The notes beneath the pieces were generated by a model. The model was not told the DNA's origin. It did no database searches and was given only the letters and a program-made list of their open reading frames with translations. A program made the translations under genes and the position numbers. This document shows positions 10,059-18,010 of a DNA stretch of 43,407 nucleotides, in pieces. How positions within the stretch are numbered: the first letter of the stretch is position 1; the number at the start of each line of letters is the position of its first letter. The DNA comes from an uncultured Clostridia bacterium. Lineage in GTDB: Bacteria; Bacillota; Clostridia; TANB77; CAG-508. The stretch is from assembly GCA_944393475.1 (NCBI GenBank), contig CALYAI010000001.1, positions 1 through 43,407 on the forward strand, written 5' to 3'.

Positions 10059-10943
10059 TTATTTTAATTTTCTAATAGCTTCTATTCTATCTTCTATAGA
10101 AGGGTGAGTAGAAAACCAGTTAGTAGATTTTTTTTGTTTACCCTTAAATGGAGTTACTATATACATATTTTCTGTTGAGTTATTTGCTTGTGACAATGTT
10201 GATTGATCACTATCTAATTTTGTTAAAGCAGAAATTAAAGCATCTGGATTTCTTGTAAATTCAACAGAACTTGCATCAGCCATAAATTCACGTTTTCTAG
10301 ATACAGCAAGCTTCATTAATTGGCCAAAAAAGCCTGCTAAAGCAAGTAATAGAATACTAACTAATACCATAATTCCATTAGAGCCCCTGTTATCATCATC
10401 AAATCTACTCCATAAAAAAGCTCTAGAGAAGTAGTCTGATAATATAATAACAAGTCCTACCATAACTGTTAGCACAGCAGATAGCCTAATATCATAGTTT
10501 TTAATGTGTCCCATTTCGTGTGCTATAACGCTTTCAATTTCATAATAATCTAATTTTTCTAATAATGCAGTTGTTACGCAAATTACTGAATGTTTTGGGT
10601 CTCTTCCTGTTGCAAAAGCATTTGGTTGGTCAGATTCCATAATATATAATTTAGGTTTATATTCCAATCCGGAAGAAATCATTAATGCATCAAAAATATT
10701 TAGTAATTGCTTATTTTCTTCCTCTGTTGCTGGACGCGCCTTATTAATGGAAAGGACAATTCTATCACTATAGTAATATGATCCCCAGGCAGAAGCAATC
10801 GAAACAATTAATGCAAAGACTATGGAAAAAACACCAAAATCTAAAGCATAACAAATATAATAAATAATTAAAGTAATTATTATAACATAAACAGAAATAA
10901 TAAATCCTGTTTTTATTTTATTCCTTTTAATATCTTCGTACAT
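10059..10943 (-). CDS. htpX: M48-family zinc metalloprotease HtpX
   Basis: HEMGHIKNYD (HExxH) lies between TM helices. There are four hydrophobic segments. C-terminal STHPSIEDRI. SD GAGGT. Confidence 0.85.
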   Translation of the reverse strand: MYEDIKRNKIKTGFIISVYVIIITLIIYYICYALDFGVFSIVFALIVSIASAWGSYYYSDRIVLSINKARPATEEENKQLLNIFDALMISSGLEYKPKLYIMESDQPNAFATGRDPKHSVICVTTALLEKLDYYEIESVIAHEMGHIKNYDIRLSAVLTVMVGLVIILSDYFSRAFLWSRFDDDNRGSNGIMVLVSILLLALAGFFGQLMKLAVSRKREFMADASSVEFTRNPDALISALTKLDSDQSTLSQANNSTENMYIVTPFKGKQKKSTNWFSTHPSIEDRIEAIRKLK

Positions 10944-10971
10944 TTTCTACCTCTATATATTAGTATATATT

Positions 10972-11002
10972 TAAAAAGATTTCTTTATTCAAAAAGAAAT
11001 CC
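10972..11002 (-). terminator. Hairpin and T-run after lemA (minus strand)
   Basis: The minus-strand transcript reads GATTTCTTT-loop-AAAGAAATC followed by TTTTT. Confidence 0.55.
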
Positions 11003-11012
11003 TTTTTTAAAA

Positions 11013-11564
11013 TTATTTAGAAAAATCAATTTTAACATTTTGTTTTTCTTCTTCATTTTCAACTTCAAATAATTCGCTTGGTTTAAATTTAAATAAACTT
11101 GCAATTATGTTTGAAGGAAATACTTCTAATTTTGTATTATACATTGTAACTGTATCATTATAGAATTGTCTTGAATAAGCAATTTTATTTTCTGTATTTC
11201 TTAATTCTTCTTGTAATTGTGTGAATGATGTGTTTGCTTTTAAGTCTGGATAATTTTCTGAAACAGCCATAAGAGTTTTTAGAGTTTCTGTTAATTGATT
11301 AGAAATATCAGCTTTTTGAGCAACTGTTTCTGCTGAAGCCCAAGCTGTTCTAAGTTCAGCTATCTTTTGGAATGTTTCATTTTCATAAGTCATATATCCT
11401 TTTACTGTTTCTTGTAAATTTGGAATTAAATCAAATCTTCTTTTTAATTGAACATCGATTTGACTCCAAGCATTTTGAACTCTTTGACGTAAGCTTACTA
11501 AACTGTTATACATTGCAGCAATTACTATAACAATTACAACGACAATGATTATTGCGATAACCAT
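11013..11564 (-). CDS. lemA: LemA-family membrane protein
   Basis: N-terminal TM, then [32 protein letters not shown], which is characteristic of LemA. SD AAGGAGG. Confidence 0.85.
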   Translation of the reverse strand: MVIAIIIVVVIVIVIAAMYNSLVSLRQRVQNAWSQIDVQLKRRFDLIPNLQETVKGYMTYENETFQKIAELRTAWASAETVAQKADISNQLTETLKTLMAVSENYPDLKANTSFTQLQEELRNTENKIAYSRQFYNDTVTMYNTKLEVFPSNIIASLFKFKPSELFEVENEEEKQNVKIDFSK

Positions 11565-11724
11565 ACCTACATCTCCTCCTTTCGCTTATTTTAGCATATT
11601 ATAAAAATTTATACAATATTTTATACCAATGTAATATAAAAAATATATGAATATATTGTGAAATAATGAATATAATATAGTAAATACTGGAAGCACATAC
11701 GGATAATGGTAAATTTTAAAAAAT

Positions 11725-11753
11725 TTGACATCAACAAAAAAATATAGTATAAT
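11725..11753 (+). promoter_or_regulatory. Consensus sigma-A promoter
   Basis: TTGACA (11725-11730), exactly 17 nt, TATAAT (11748-11753). It would give a leader of about 115 nt before the ATG at 11873. Confidence 0.7.
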
Positions 11754-11872
11754 TAAACTTGCTTATGGCAAAAAACCTTTTAAAGGAAAACAACAAAAAT
11801 ATCTATGGTGGTAAATATCTGCGGATTTAAAGCTTATATTAAAACTATGGATAGTTGTTGAAGGAGGAATTT

Positions 11873-12853
11873 ATGTTAAAACAAAAAGATGATGAACAAG
11901 CATCGATATCAGTAAAAAGAATAATAGGAATTTGTTTAATATTTTTATTTATATCAGGTATTTGTGTGTTTGCAGCTAATAAACAAGTTAAAAACGTTAA
12001 AATAACACTTGCAAATGGTTGTGAAATGAACGTTGTAACTTCAAAAACAAAAGTAGCTGACATCTTAGATGAGAAACATATTATATTATTACCAGAAGAA
12101 AAAGTAACTCCTAGTGAAGATGCAACAGTAGGAGCTAATGGTAAAATAATTATATCAGAAAAATCTGCACAAGAAGAAGTTTCTGATATGGTACAAAATT
12201 CAGAAAATGAAAATAATGAAGTAAATAGCGTAGAATTAAATATAGAAACAATTGCTCAAGCCTACAATCCAATTACAGAAAAAATAATTGTAGAAGAGCA
12301 AGCTATTCCATTCGAGACAGTTACAAAAAATGTCGCAAATGGATCTAACGAGACTCAAGATAAAGTTATACAACAAGGTAAAGAAGGAAAGAAACAAGTA
12401 ACTTATAGAGTTAAATATCAAAATGATGTAGAGATAGAAAGAAAAGAAATTAGTTCAGTTGTATTAGAGGAACCAGTAGATAAAATAGTTCAAGTAAGAG
12501 CTGTAACAAACAGATCTAGTAGGGTTTCTGGAATAGTAACAACAGGAACAGTTGGTGAATATCAAGCATATGCAAGAGAAAGATGTAGTGCATATGGTTG
12601 GTCAACAAATGACTTTAATTGTTTAGTATCTTTATGGAATAAAGAAAGTAAATGGAATCCTTATGCACGCAATTCAGGATCAGGTGCTTATGGTATACCA
12701 CAAGCATTGCCTGCAAGTAAGATGGCTGCTTATGGATCAGACTACAAAACAAACTATAAGACTCAAATTAACTGGGGATTAAACTATATTAAATCAAGAT
12801 ATGGTTCACCATCTGCAGCATGGAGTCATTTTAGAACACAAGGTTGGTATTAA
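11873..12853 (+). CDS. Secreted cell-wall protein: DUF348-like plus G5 domain plus C-terminal transglycosylase-like (IsaA/Apf-type) domain
   Basis: ATG at 11873, 5 nt after AAGGAGG. Signal anchor. The G5-like segment ends in DKIVQVRAV. C-terminus reads WNKESKWNPYARNSGSGAYGIPQALPASKMA...WGLNYIKSRYGSPSAAWSHFRTQGWY. Confidence 0.75.
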   Translation: MLKQKDDEQASISVKRIIGICLIFLFISGICVFAANKQVKNVKITLANGCEMNVVTSKTKVADILDEKHIILLPEEKVTPSEDATVGANGKIIISEKSAQEEVSDMVQNSENENNEVNSVELNIETIAQAYNPITEKIIVEEQAIPFETVTKNVANGSNETQDKVIQQGKEGKKQVTYRVKYQNDVEIERKEISSVVLEEPVDKIVQVRAVTNRSSRVSGIVTTGTVGEYQAYARERCSAYGWSTNDFNCLVSLWNKESKWNPYARNSGSGAYGIPQALPASKMAAYGSDYKTNYKTQINWGLNYIKSRYGSPSAAWSHFRTQGWY

Positions 12854-12868
12854 TAAAAATTAAACATT

Positions 12869-12896
12869 GGGGGTATATTTATATACCCTCTTTTTC
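12869..12896 (+). terminator. Rho-independent terminator
   Basis: GGGGGTATA / TATACCCTC stem with a 4-nt loop, followed by TTTTT. Confidence 0.7.
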
Positions 12897-12915
12897 TATG
12901 TAAATTAGCTTTTTA

Positions 12916-12944
12916 TTGTACATGTGTTAAAAATATAGTATAAT
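12916..12944 (+). promoter_or_regulatory. Sigma-A promoter for xth
   Basis: TTGTAC, 17-nt spacer, TATAAT (12939-12944). Confidence 0.6.
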
Positions 12945-12988
12945 CCTATTGGGTTTTAAATTAAAACGAAAAAGAAGGGAGAAATTAA

Positions 12989-13756
12989 ATGAAATTAATA
13001 TCATGGAATGTTAATGGATTAAGAGCAGTTGTGAATAAAGGATTTAAAGACTTCTTTACTAGTATTGATGCAGATATATTTTCTATTCAAGAAACAAAAA
13101 TGCAAGAAAATCAATTAGAAGAAAATATATTAGATATTTTTAAAGGATATAATATGTTTTGGAATAGTGCAGAAAAAAAGGGATATTCTGGGACAGCCAT
13201 ATTTACAAAAAAGAAGCCAATAAATGTATCATATGGAATTGGGAAAGAAGAACACGATAAAGAAGGAAGAGTAATAACATTAGAATTCGAAAAATTCTAT
13301 ATGGTAAATATATATACACCAAACTCAAAAAGAGAATTAGAAAGATTGGACTATAGGCAAATATGGGAAGATGAAATTAGAAGTTATTTATCAGAATTAA
13401 AAAATAAAAAACCGGTAATTATGTGTGGAGATTTAAATGTTGCACATAAGGAAATTGATCTAAAAAATCCTAAAACAAATAGAAAAAATGCGGGATTCAC
13501 AGATGAAGAAAGAGGAAAGATGACAGAACTTTTAGATGCAGGATTTATAGATACATTTAGGTATAAATATCCAGAGCTCGAAGGTAAATATAGTTGGTGG
13601 TCATATATGTTTCATGCAAGAGAGAAAAATGCAGGATGGAGAATTGATTATTTTATAGTATCTGACGACTTAAAAAATAATATTGAAGATGCAAAAATTT
13701 TAGATAATGTATATGGCAGTGACCATTGTCCTGTAGAATTAGATATAAATATATAA
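12989..13756 (+). CDS. xth: Exodeoxyribonuclease III (AP endonuclease)
   Basis: Motifs [33 protein letters not shown] and GSDHCPV. 255 aa. Confidence 0.9.
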   Translation: MKLISWNVNGLRAVVNKGFKDFFTSIDADIFSIQETKMQENQLEENILDIFKGYNMFWNSAEKKGYSGTAIFTKKKPINVSYGIGKEEHDKEGRVITLEFEKFYMVNIYTPNSKRELERLDYRQIWEDEIRSYLSELKNKKPVIMCGDLNVAHKEIDLKNPKTNRKNAGFTDEERGKMTELLDAGFIDTFRYKYPELEGKYSWWSYMFHAREKNAGWRIDYFIVSDDLKNNIEDAKILDNVYGSDHCPVELDINI

Positions 13757-13769
13757 AGGGGTAAAGTAA

Positions 13770-14885
13770 ATGAAGAATAATACATGGAAAAAGTGGCTAT
13801 ATTGGTTTAGCTTTGCGGTTGCAACAATATTAGTTTTTAATATTTTTAATAATTTTGACAATTTAAAACATATTATAGGAAATTTCTTTAAAATATTAAG
13901 CCCATTTTTAGCAGGGATTTTAATTGCATATATTCTATTTATACCAACTAGGGGGTTGGAAAAACAAATAAGCAAAAGTAGATTTAAAGTTATAAAGAAA
14001 AAAGCAAGACCTCTTAGTGTCTTAATAATATATGTCTTTATTGTGATTATTTTAGCAATCGCTATGAAATTTCTTATACCAAAGGTATATAGTAGTATTA
14101 TTGAATTAATAAATAATTCACAGGGATATATAACGGAAATAATGAATAAATTTTCTGCACTACCAGAAGATTCTTTTATAAAGAAGGATTTTGTGGAGCA
14201 GGCAATATCTAGATTAAAAGAAATTGACATTATGCAAATCTTAAATTATATTTCCGGAATATTTAGTGTAGCTACAAGTTTAATAAATGTTTTTGTTGCA
14301 ATTGTTGTATCCGTATATGTCTTAGCAGAAAGAGCAAAACTTGTTAAAGCATTAAAAAGATTTGTGATGGCAGTATTTAAAACAAAAGTTGCAGACAAAA
14401 TTATAAAATATTTTAATAACTCAAACGAATACTTCTTTAAATTCCTATCTAGCCAGGTACTTGATGGAATAGTAGTTGGAACATTAGCTTCTATTGCAAT
14501 GTCAATTTTAGGTGTAAAATATGCGGTATTATTAGGATTTTTTATAGGCTTATTCAATCTTATACCATATTTTGGTGCAATATTTGCGGTTGCGATATCT
14601 GCAATAATAACTGTTGTAACTGGTGGATGGGCACAAGCAATTTGGATGTTAATAATAGTAATTATATTACAGCAAATAGATGCAAATATAATAAATCCAA
14701 AAATTATAGGAGGATCTTTAAAACTAAGTCCACTATTAGTAATATTTGCAGTTGCAGTTGGAGGAGCATATTTTGGAGTATTAGGAATGTTCTTAGGTGC
14801 ACCTATTGCAGCAATAATTAAATTAGTTTTGACAGATTTTATAGATTATAGACTGGAAAATAAGAAAAAACAAATAGAAGAATAA
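13770..14885 (+). CDS. AI-2E/PerM (UPF0118) family membrane transporter
   Basis: Seven to eight TM helices. The C-terminal half reads LIPYFGAIFA...QQIDANIINPKIIGGSLKLSPLLVIFAV..GG..FGVLGMFLGAPIAA, typical of this family. Confidence 0.8.
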   Translation: MKNNTWKKWLYWFSFAVATILVFNIFNNFDNLKHIIGNFFKILSPFLAGILIAYILFIPTRGLEKQISKSRFKVIKKKARPLSVLIIYVFIVIILAIAMKFLIPKVYSSIIELINNSQGYITEIMNKFSALPEDSFIKKDFVEQAISRLKEIDIMQILNYISGIFSVATSLINVFVAIVVSVYVLAERAKLVKALKRFVMAVFKTKVADKIIKYFNNSNEYFFKFLSSQVLDGIVVGTLASIAMSILGVKYAVLLGFFIGLFNLIPYFGAIFAVAISAIITVVTGGWAQAIWMLIIVIILQQIDANIINPKIIGGSLKLSPLLVIFAVAVGGAYFGVLGMFLGAPIAAIIKLVLTDFIDYRLENKKKQIEE

Positions 14886-14906
14886 ATATAGAAATAATTT
14901 AATGTA

Positions 14907-14936
14907 AAACAGCAGTTTCATAACTGCTGTTTTTTA
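14907..14936 (+). terminator. Rho-independent terminator
   Basis: AAACAGCAGTT / AACTGCTGTTT stem with TCAT loop, then T-run. Confidence 0.8.
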
Positions 14937-15000
14937 TAAAGAAGATAAAATCCTTAATAAAAACTTAAGAATTTACATTCTTTTTTCTTAATAAATATCG

Positions 15001-15009
15001 TGGTATAAT
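15001..15009 (+). promoter_or_regulatory. Extended -10 element (TGgTATAAT) upstream of the two-component operon
   Basis: TGGTATAAT lies 33 nt upstream of the ATG at 15042. No good -35 element. Confidence 0.4.
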
Positions 15010-15041
15010 AGCGATGAAAAGTAAAAAGAGGGGAAAATAAA

Positions 15042-15740
15042 ATGTATAATATTTTAGTTTGTGATGATGATAAAGAAATTGTTAATGCTATAGAAATTTA
15101 TCTAGAAAAAGAAGGTTACAAAATTTATAAGGCATATAACGGAAGAGAAGCTTTAGATATAATAAATACTACTGAACTACATTTAATTATCTTGGATATT
15201 ATGATGCCAGAAATTGACGGAATTGATGTTGCAAAAAAAGTAAGAGAAGGTAAATCCATTCCTATTATTATGCTTTCTGCAAAATCAGAAGATTACGATA
15301 AAATAAAAGGTTTAAATGTTGGAGCAGACGATTATGTAACAAAACCATTTAATCCAATGGAATTAATAGCAAGAGTTAATTCACAAATAAGAAGATATAC
15401 AAAATTGGGAAGTATTAATTCTAAAGAAGAAAAAGAAGATGTATATAAATCTGGAGAGTTAATTATAGATGACAGCAAAAAAGAAGTTACTGTTGATGGA
15501 AAGCAAATAAAGCTAACACCTACGGAATACAATATTTTATTATTCCTAACTAAAAACAAAGGAAAAGTATATTCCATTTCACAAATATATGAAAATGTCT
15601 GGGAAGAGGAATCATACGGAGCAGAAAATATAATTGCAGTACACATAAGACATATAAGGGAAAAAATAGAAATAAATCCGCGTGAACCAAAATATTTAAA
15701 AGTTATATGGGGAATCGGATATAAAATAGAAAATATTTAA
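15042..15740 (+). CDS. OmpR/PhoB-family response regulator
   Basis: Receiver motifs ILVCDDD, LDIMMPEIDG and LSAK. The C-terminal winged helix ends in VIWGIGYKI. Confidence 0.9.
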   Translation: MYNILVCDDDKEIVNAIEIYLEKEGYKIYKAYNGREALDIINTTELHLIILDIMMPEIDGIDVAKKVREGKSIPIIMLSAKSEDYDKIKGLNVGADDYVTKPFNPMELIARVNSQIRRYTKLGSINSKEEKEDVYKSGELIIDDSKKEVTVDGKQIKLTPTEYNILLFLTKNKGKVYSISQIYENVWEEESYGAENIIAVHIRHIREKIEINPREPKYLKVIWGIGYKIENI

Positions 15741-15756
15741 AAGGATGTGATGAAAT

Positions 15757-17811
15757 GTGGATAAGCAAATTCTAAAAAAACAAGGATTAAAACTAGCTGC
15801 ATTTATTACTTTACCAATTTTTATAATGATGATAATAATGGATTGCATAATAATTTACTATTCTGTGGCACATCCAGAAATTAAAGAAAACAAGGATTTT
15901 TATGATACGGATATGTTTATAGATTCGTATATGATCTCTGTTAAAAGTAAAGGAATGAGTCTTAAAGACGAGATTGATAATGGATATTTTATAGATGAAT
16001 ATGGTTCGACCTTTCGACTAAATGATGGCTCTAACTTAGAACCAATATATATACAAGATGGTGAATATAGGGTATATTACCAAACAAATCACAGTAAAAA
16101 GAAATTTATTTATCTATTAATAAATGAAGACACTAAGATAGCATATACAAATATTCAGCAAACTTCTAAAACCAATAGTTTGGAAAAATTAAAACAGGAG
16201 ATAACCACAAATAAAAAATATTGGTCAATATCTAATGATTCAATCGAAACAAATATAGACAGATTATCCGAAGAAAATATTGTAAGAAATAAAGAATTAC
16301 AAAACTTAAGTGAATTTTCCGTTAATAAGCAATACTATACTGCTTTTGACGAGACAGTAAATAGGTTCGATTCTGCAAGTGATATAACATTAAATAAAGT
16401 ATTATATAACGAGACGAGGGAATTATACAATTATTCATATCCTACTTTAATAGTTAGCATAATAATATTCGCAATAGAAGTTATATTTTTAATATGTAGT
16501 GTAGGATATGTAAAAGATAAAAAGGAAATATATTTAAATTGGCTAGATAAAATTCCTTTGGAACTTTTAATTTTTGGTTTTTCTCTTTTATTTGCTACGG
16601 AGATGGCAATTTTAATAATTTGCTTAAGTGTGGTAACAGTTGATGTTAATTTAAGTATGATGCTTATAATGTTAGCAGGATATTTTTCTGTATTAAGTGG
16701 ATTATGCTTGCTTGGAACATTATTAAAAAGAATTAAATCACACACATTTTTTAAAAATACAATTACATATAGATTTTTTAGATGGGTAAGAAATAAATAT
16801 AGAAATCTAAAAAGTGCAGTAACATCGGATAAAAAAATTGGAAGAAAGATAGCATTATACTTTATTGGAATAGTATTTATATCTATAACATTAGGATTAA
16901 TTTTCAAAGAATTCGGATTTTTATTAGACATAGTATTTTGGATTTGGTGTTATTATAAAATAATGAAAGAAATAGAAAAATTCAAACAGATACATGACGC
17001 AGTAGAAAAGATTTATAATGGGGATACTAAGATAAGAATAGATGTGTCATTATATACAGGTGTTTTAAAGGAGCTTTCATTATATATTAATGATATTGCT
17101 GGAGGATTTACAAATGCAGTAGAAGAAAGCTTAAAAAGTGAAAGACTAAAAACAGAACTTATAACAAATGTATCACATGATATAAAAACACCACTTACAT
17201 CAATTATAAATTATGTGGATTTATTAAAACAGGAAGATATAAAAGACGAAAAGGCAAAAGAATATATAGAAATATTGGATAATAAATCACAAAGACTAAA
17301 AAAACTAATAGAAGATTTAGTGGAAGCTTCTAAGGCTTCTTCAGGAAATATAAAAATAAATAAAGAAGTATTAAATGTTAAGGAACTACTAAATCAAATA
17401 ACCGGAGAATTTGAAGATAAATTTAATAAACGTGGTTTAAAAATTATAACTAAGTTCCCAGAAGAGGATATATATATTAAAGCTGATAACAGATATCTAT
17501 ATAGAGTATTAGAAAATGTATATAGTAATATCACAAAATATGCAGAAGAAAATACTAGAGTATATTTGGATTGTATAATTAAAGATGATGAAGTATCTAT
17601 TTATATAAAAAATATTTCTAAAGATGAATTAAATATTTCTACGGAAGAATTAATGCAAAGATTTGTTAGAGGAGATAAATCTAGAAATACCGAGGGAAGT
17701 GGATTAGGACTTTCGATAGCAAAAAGTTTGACAGAACTACAGGGTGGACAATTTAATATATATTTAGATGGAGACTTATTTAAAGTTGGAATAAAATTTA
17801 AAAAAGTATAA
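15757..17811 (+). CDS. Sensor histidine kinase with a large extracytoplasmic domain and multi-TM region
   Basis: GTG start. TM1, an outside domain of about 190 aa, then 5-6 TM helices. H-box VSHDIKTPLTSI, N-box ENVYSNITKYA, G-box GSGLGLSIAKS. Confidence 0.85.
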   Translation: MDKQILKKQGLKLAAFITLPIFIMMIIMDCIIIYYSVAHPEIKENKDFYDTDMFIDSYMISVKSKGMSLKDEIDNGYFIDEYGSTFRLNDGSNLEPIYIQDGEYRVYYQTNHSKKKFIYLLINEDTKIAYTNIQQTSKTNSLEKLKQEITTNKKYWSISNDSIETNIDRLSEENIVRNKELQNLSEFSVNKQYYTAFDETVNRFDSASDITLNKVLYNETRELYNYSYPTLIVSIIIFAIEVIFLICSVGYVKDKKEIYLNWLDKIPLELLIFGFSLLFATEMAILIICLSVVTVDVNLSMMLIMLAGYFSVLSGLCLLGTLLKRIKSHTFFKNTITYRFFRWVRNKYRNLKSAVTSDKKIGRKIALYFIGIVFISITLGLIFKEFGFLLDIVFWIWCYYKIMKEIEKFKQIHDAVEKIYNGDTKIRIDVSLYTGVLKELSLYINDIAGGFTNAVEESLKSERLKTELITNVSHDIKTPLTSIINYVDLLKQEDIKDEKAKEYIEILDNKSQRLKKLIEDLVEASKASSGNIKINKEVLNVKELLNQITGEFEDKFNKRGLKIITKFPEEDIYIKADNRYLYRVLENVYSNITKYAEENTRVYLDCIIKDDEVSIYIKNISKDELNISTEELMQRFVRGDKSRNTEGSGLGLSIAKSLTELQGGQFNIYLDGDLFKVGIKFKKV

Positions 17812-17818
17812 TATTGAG

Positions 17819-17848
17819 GCATAGGATGAAAATCCTATGCTAATTTTA
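17819..17848 (+). terminator. Hairpin terminator after the kinase gene
   Basis: GCATAGGAT / ATCCTATGC stem with GAAA loop, followed by a weak T-run. Confidence 0.6.
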
Positions 17849-17922
17849 TATTTATAATAATTTATATAATAGTATTGCGAAAATCTGTTCACTATGGTAT
17901 AAATAATAAAATAAAAAATTTA

Positions 17923-17950
17923 TTGTCTATAAAATAAATTATGATATAAT
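17923..17950 (+). promoter_or_regulatory. Putative pcrA promoter (an alternative lies at 17875-17903)
   Basis: TTGTCT, 16-nt spacer, TATAAT (17945-17950). Upstream alternative: TTGCGA, 17-nt spacer, TATAAA with a TGn extension. Confidence 0.45.
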
Positions 17951-18010
17951 TTGCAAGGAAACAAAAAAGAAAGGAGAGAGTATATCAAACAAAAGATATA
18001 CAATAAAATA

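Noticed and set aside
11754-11872. c-di-AMP (ydaO-type) riboswitch upstream of the wall-protein gene
   Set aside because: The conserved GC-rich cores of that class are absent. The leader is almost entirely A/T.
13739-14557. Minus-strand ORFs of 163 and 103 aa opposite the AI-2E permease gene, and the +-strand 64-aa ORF at 14627-14821
   Set aside because: They overlap a well-supported polytopic membrane protein gene. There is no SD or promoter, and their composition is that of an antisense or off-frame shadow.
16431-16931. 166-aa minus-strand ORF inside the histidine kinase gene
   Set aside because: It is antisense to the multi-TM region of a kinase with intact H, N and G boxes, so it is a shadow ORF.
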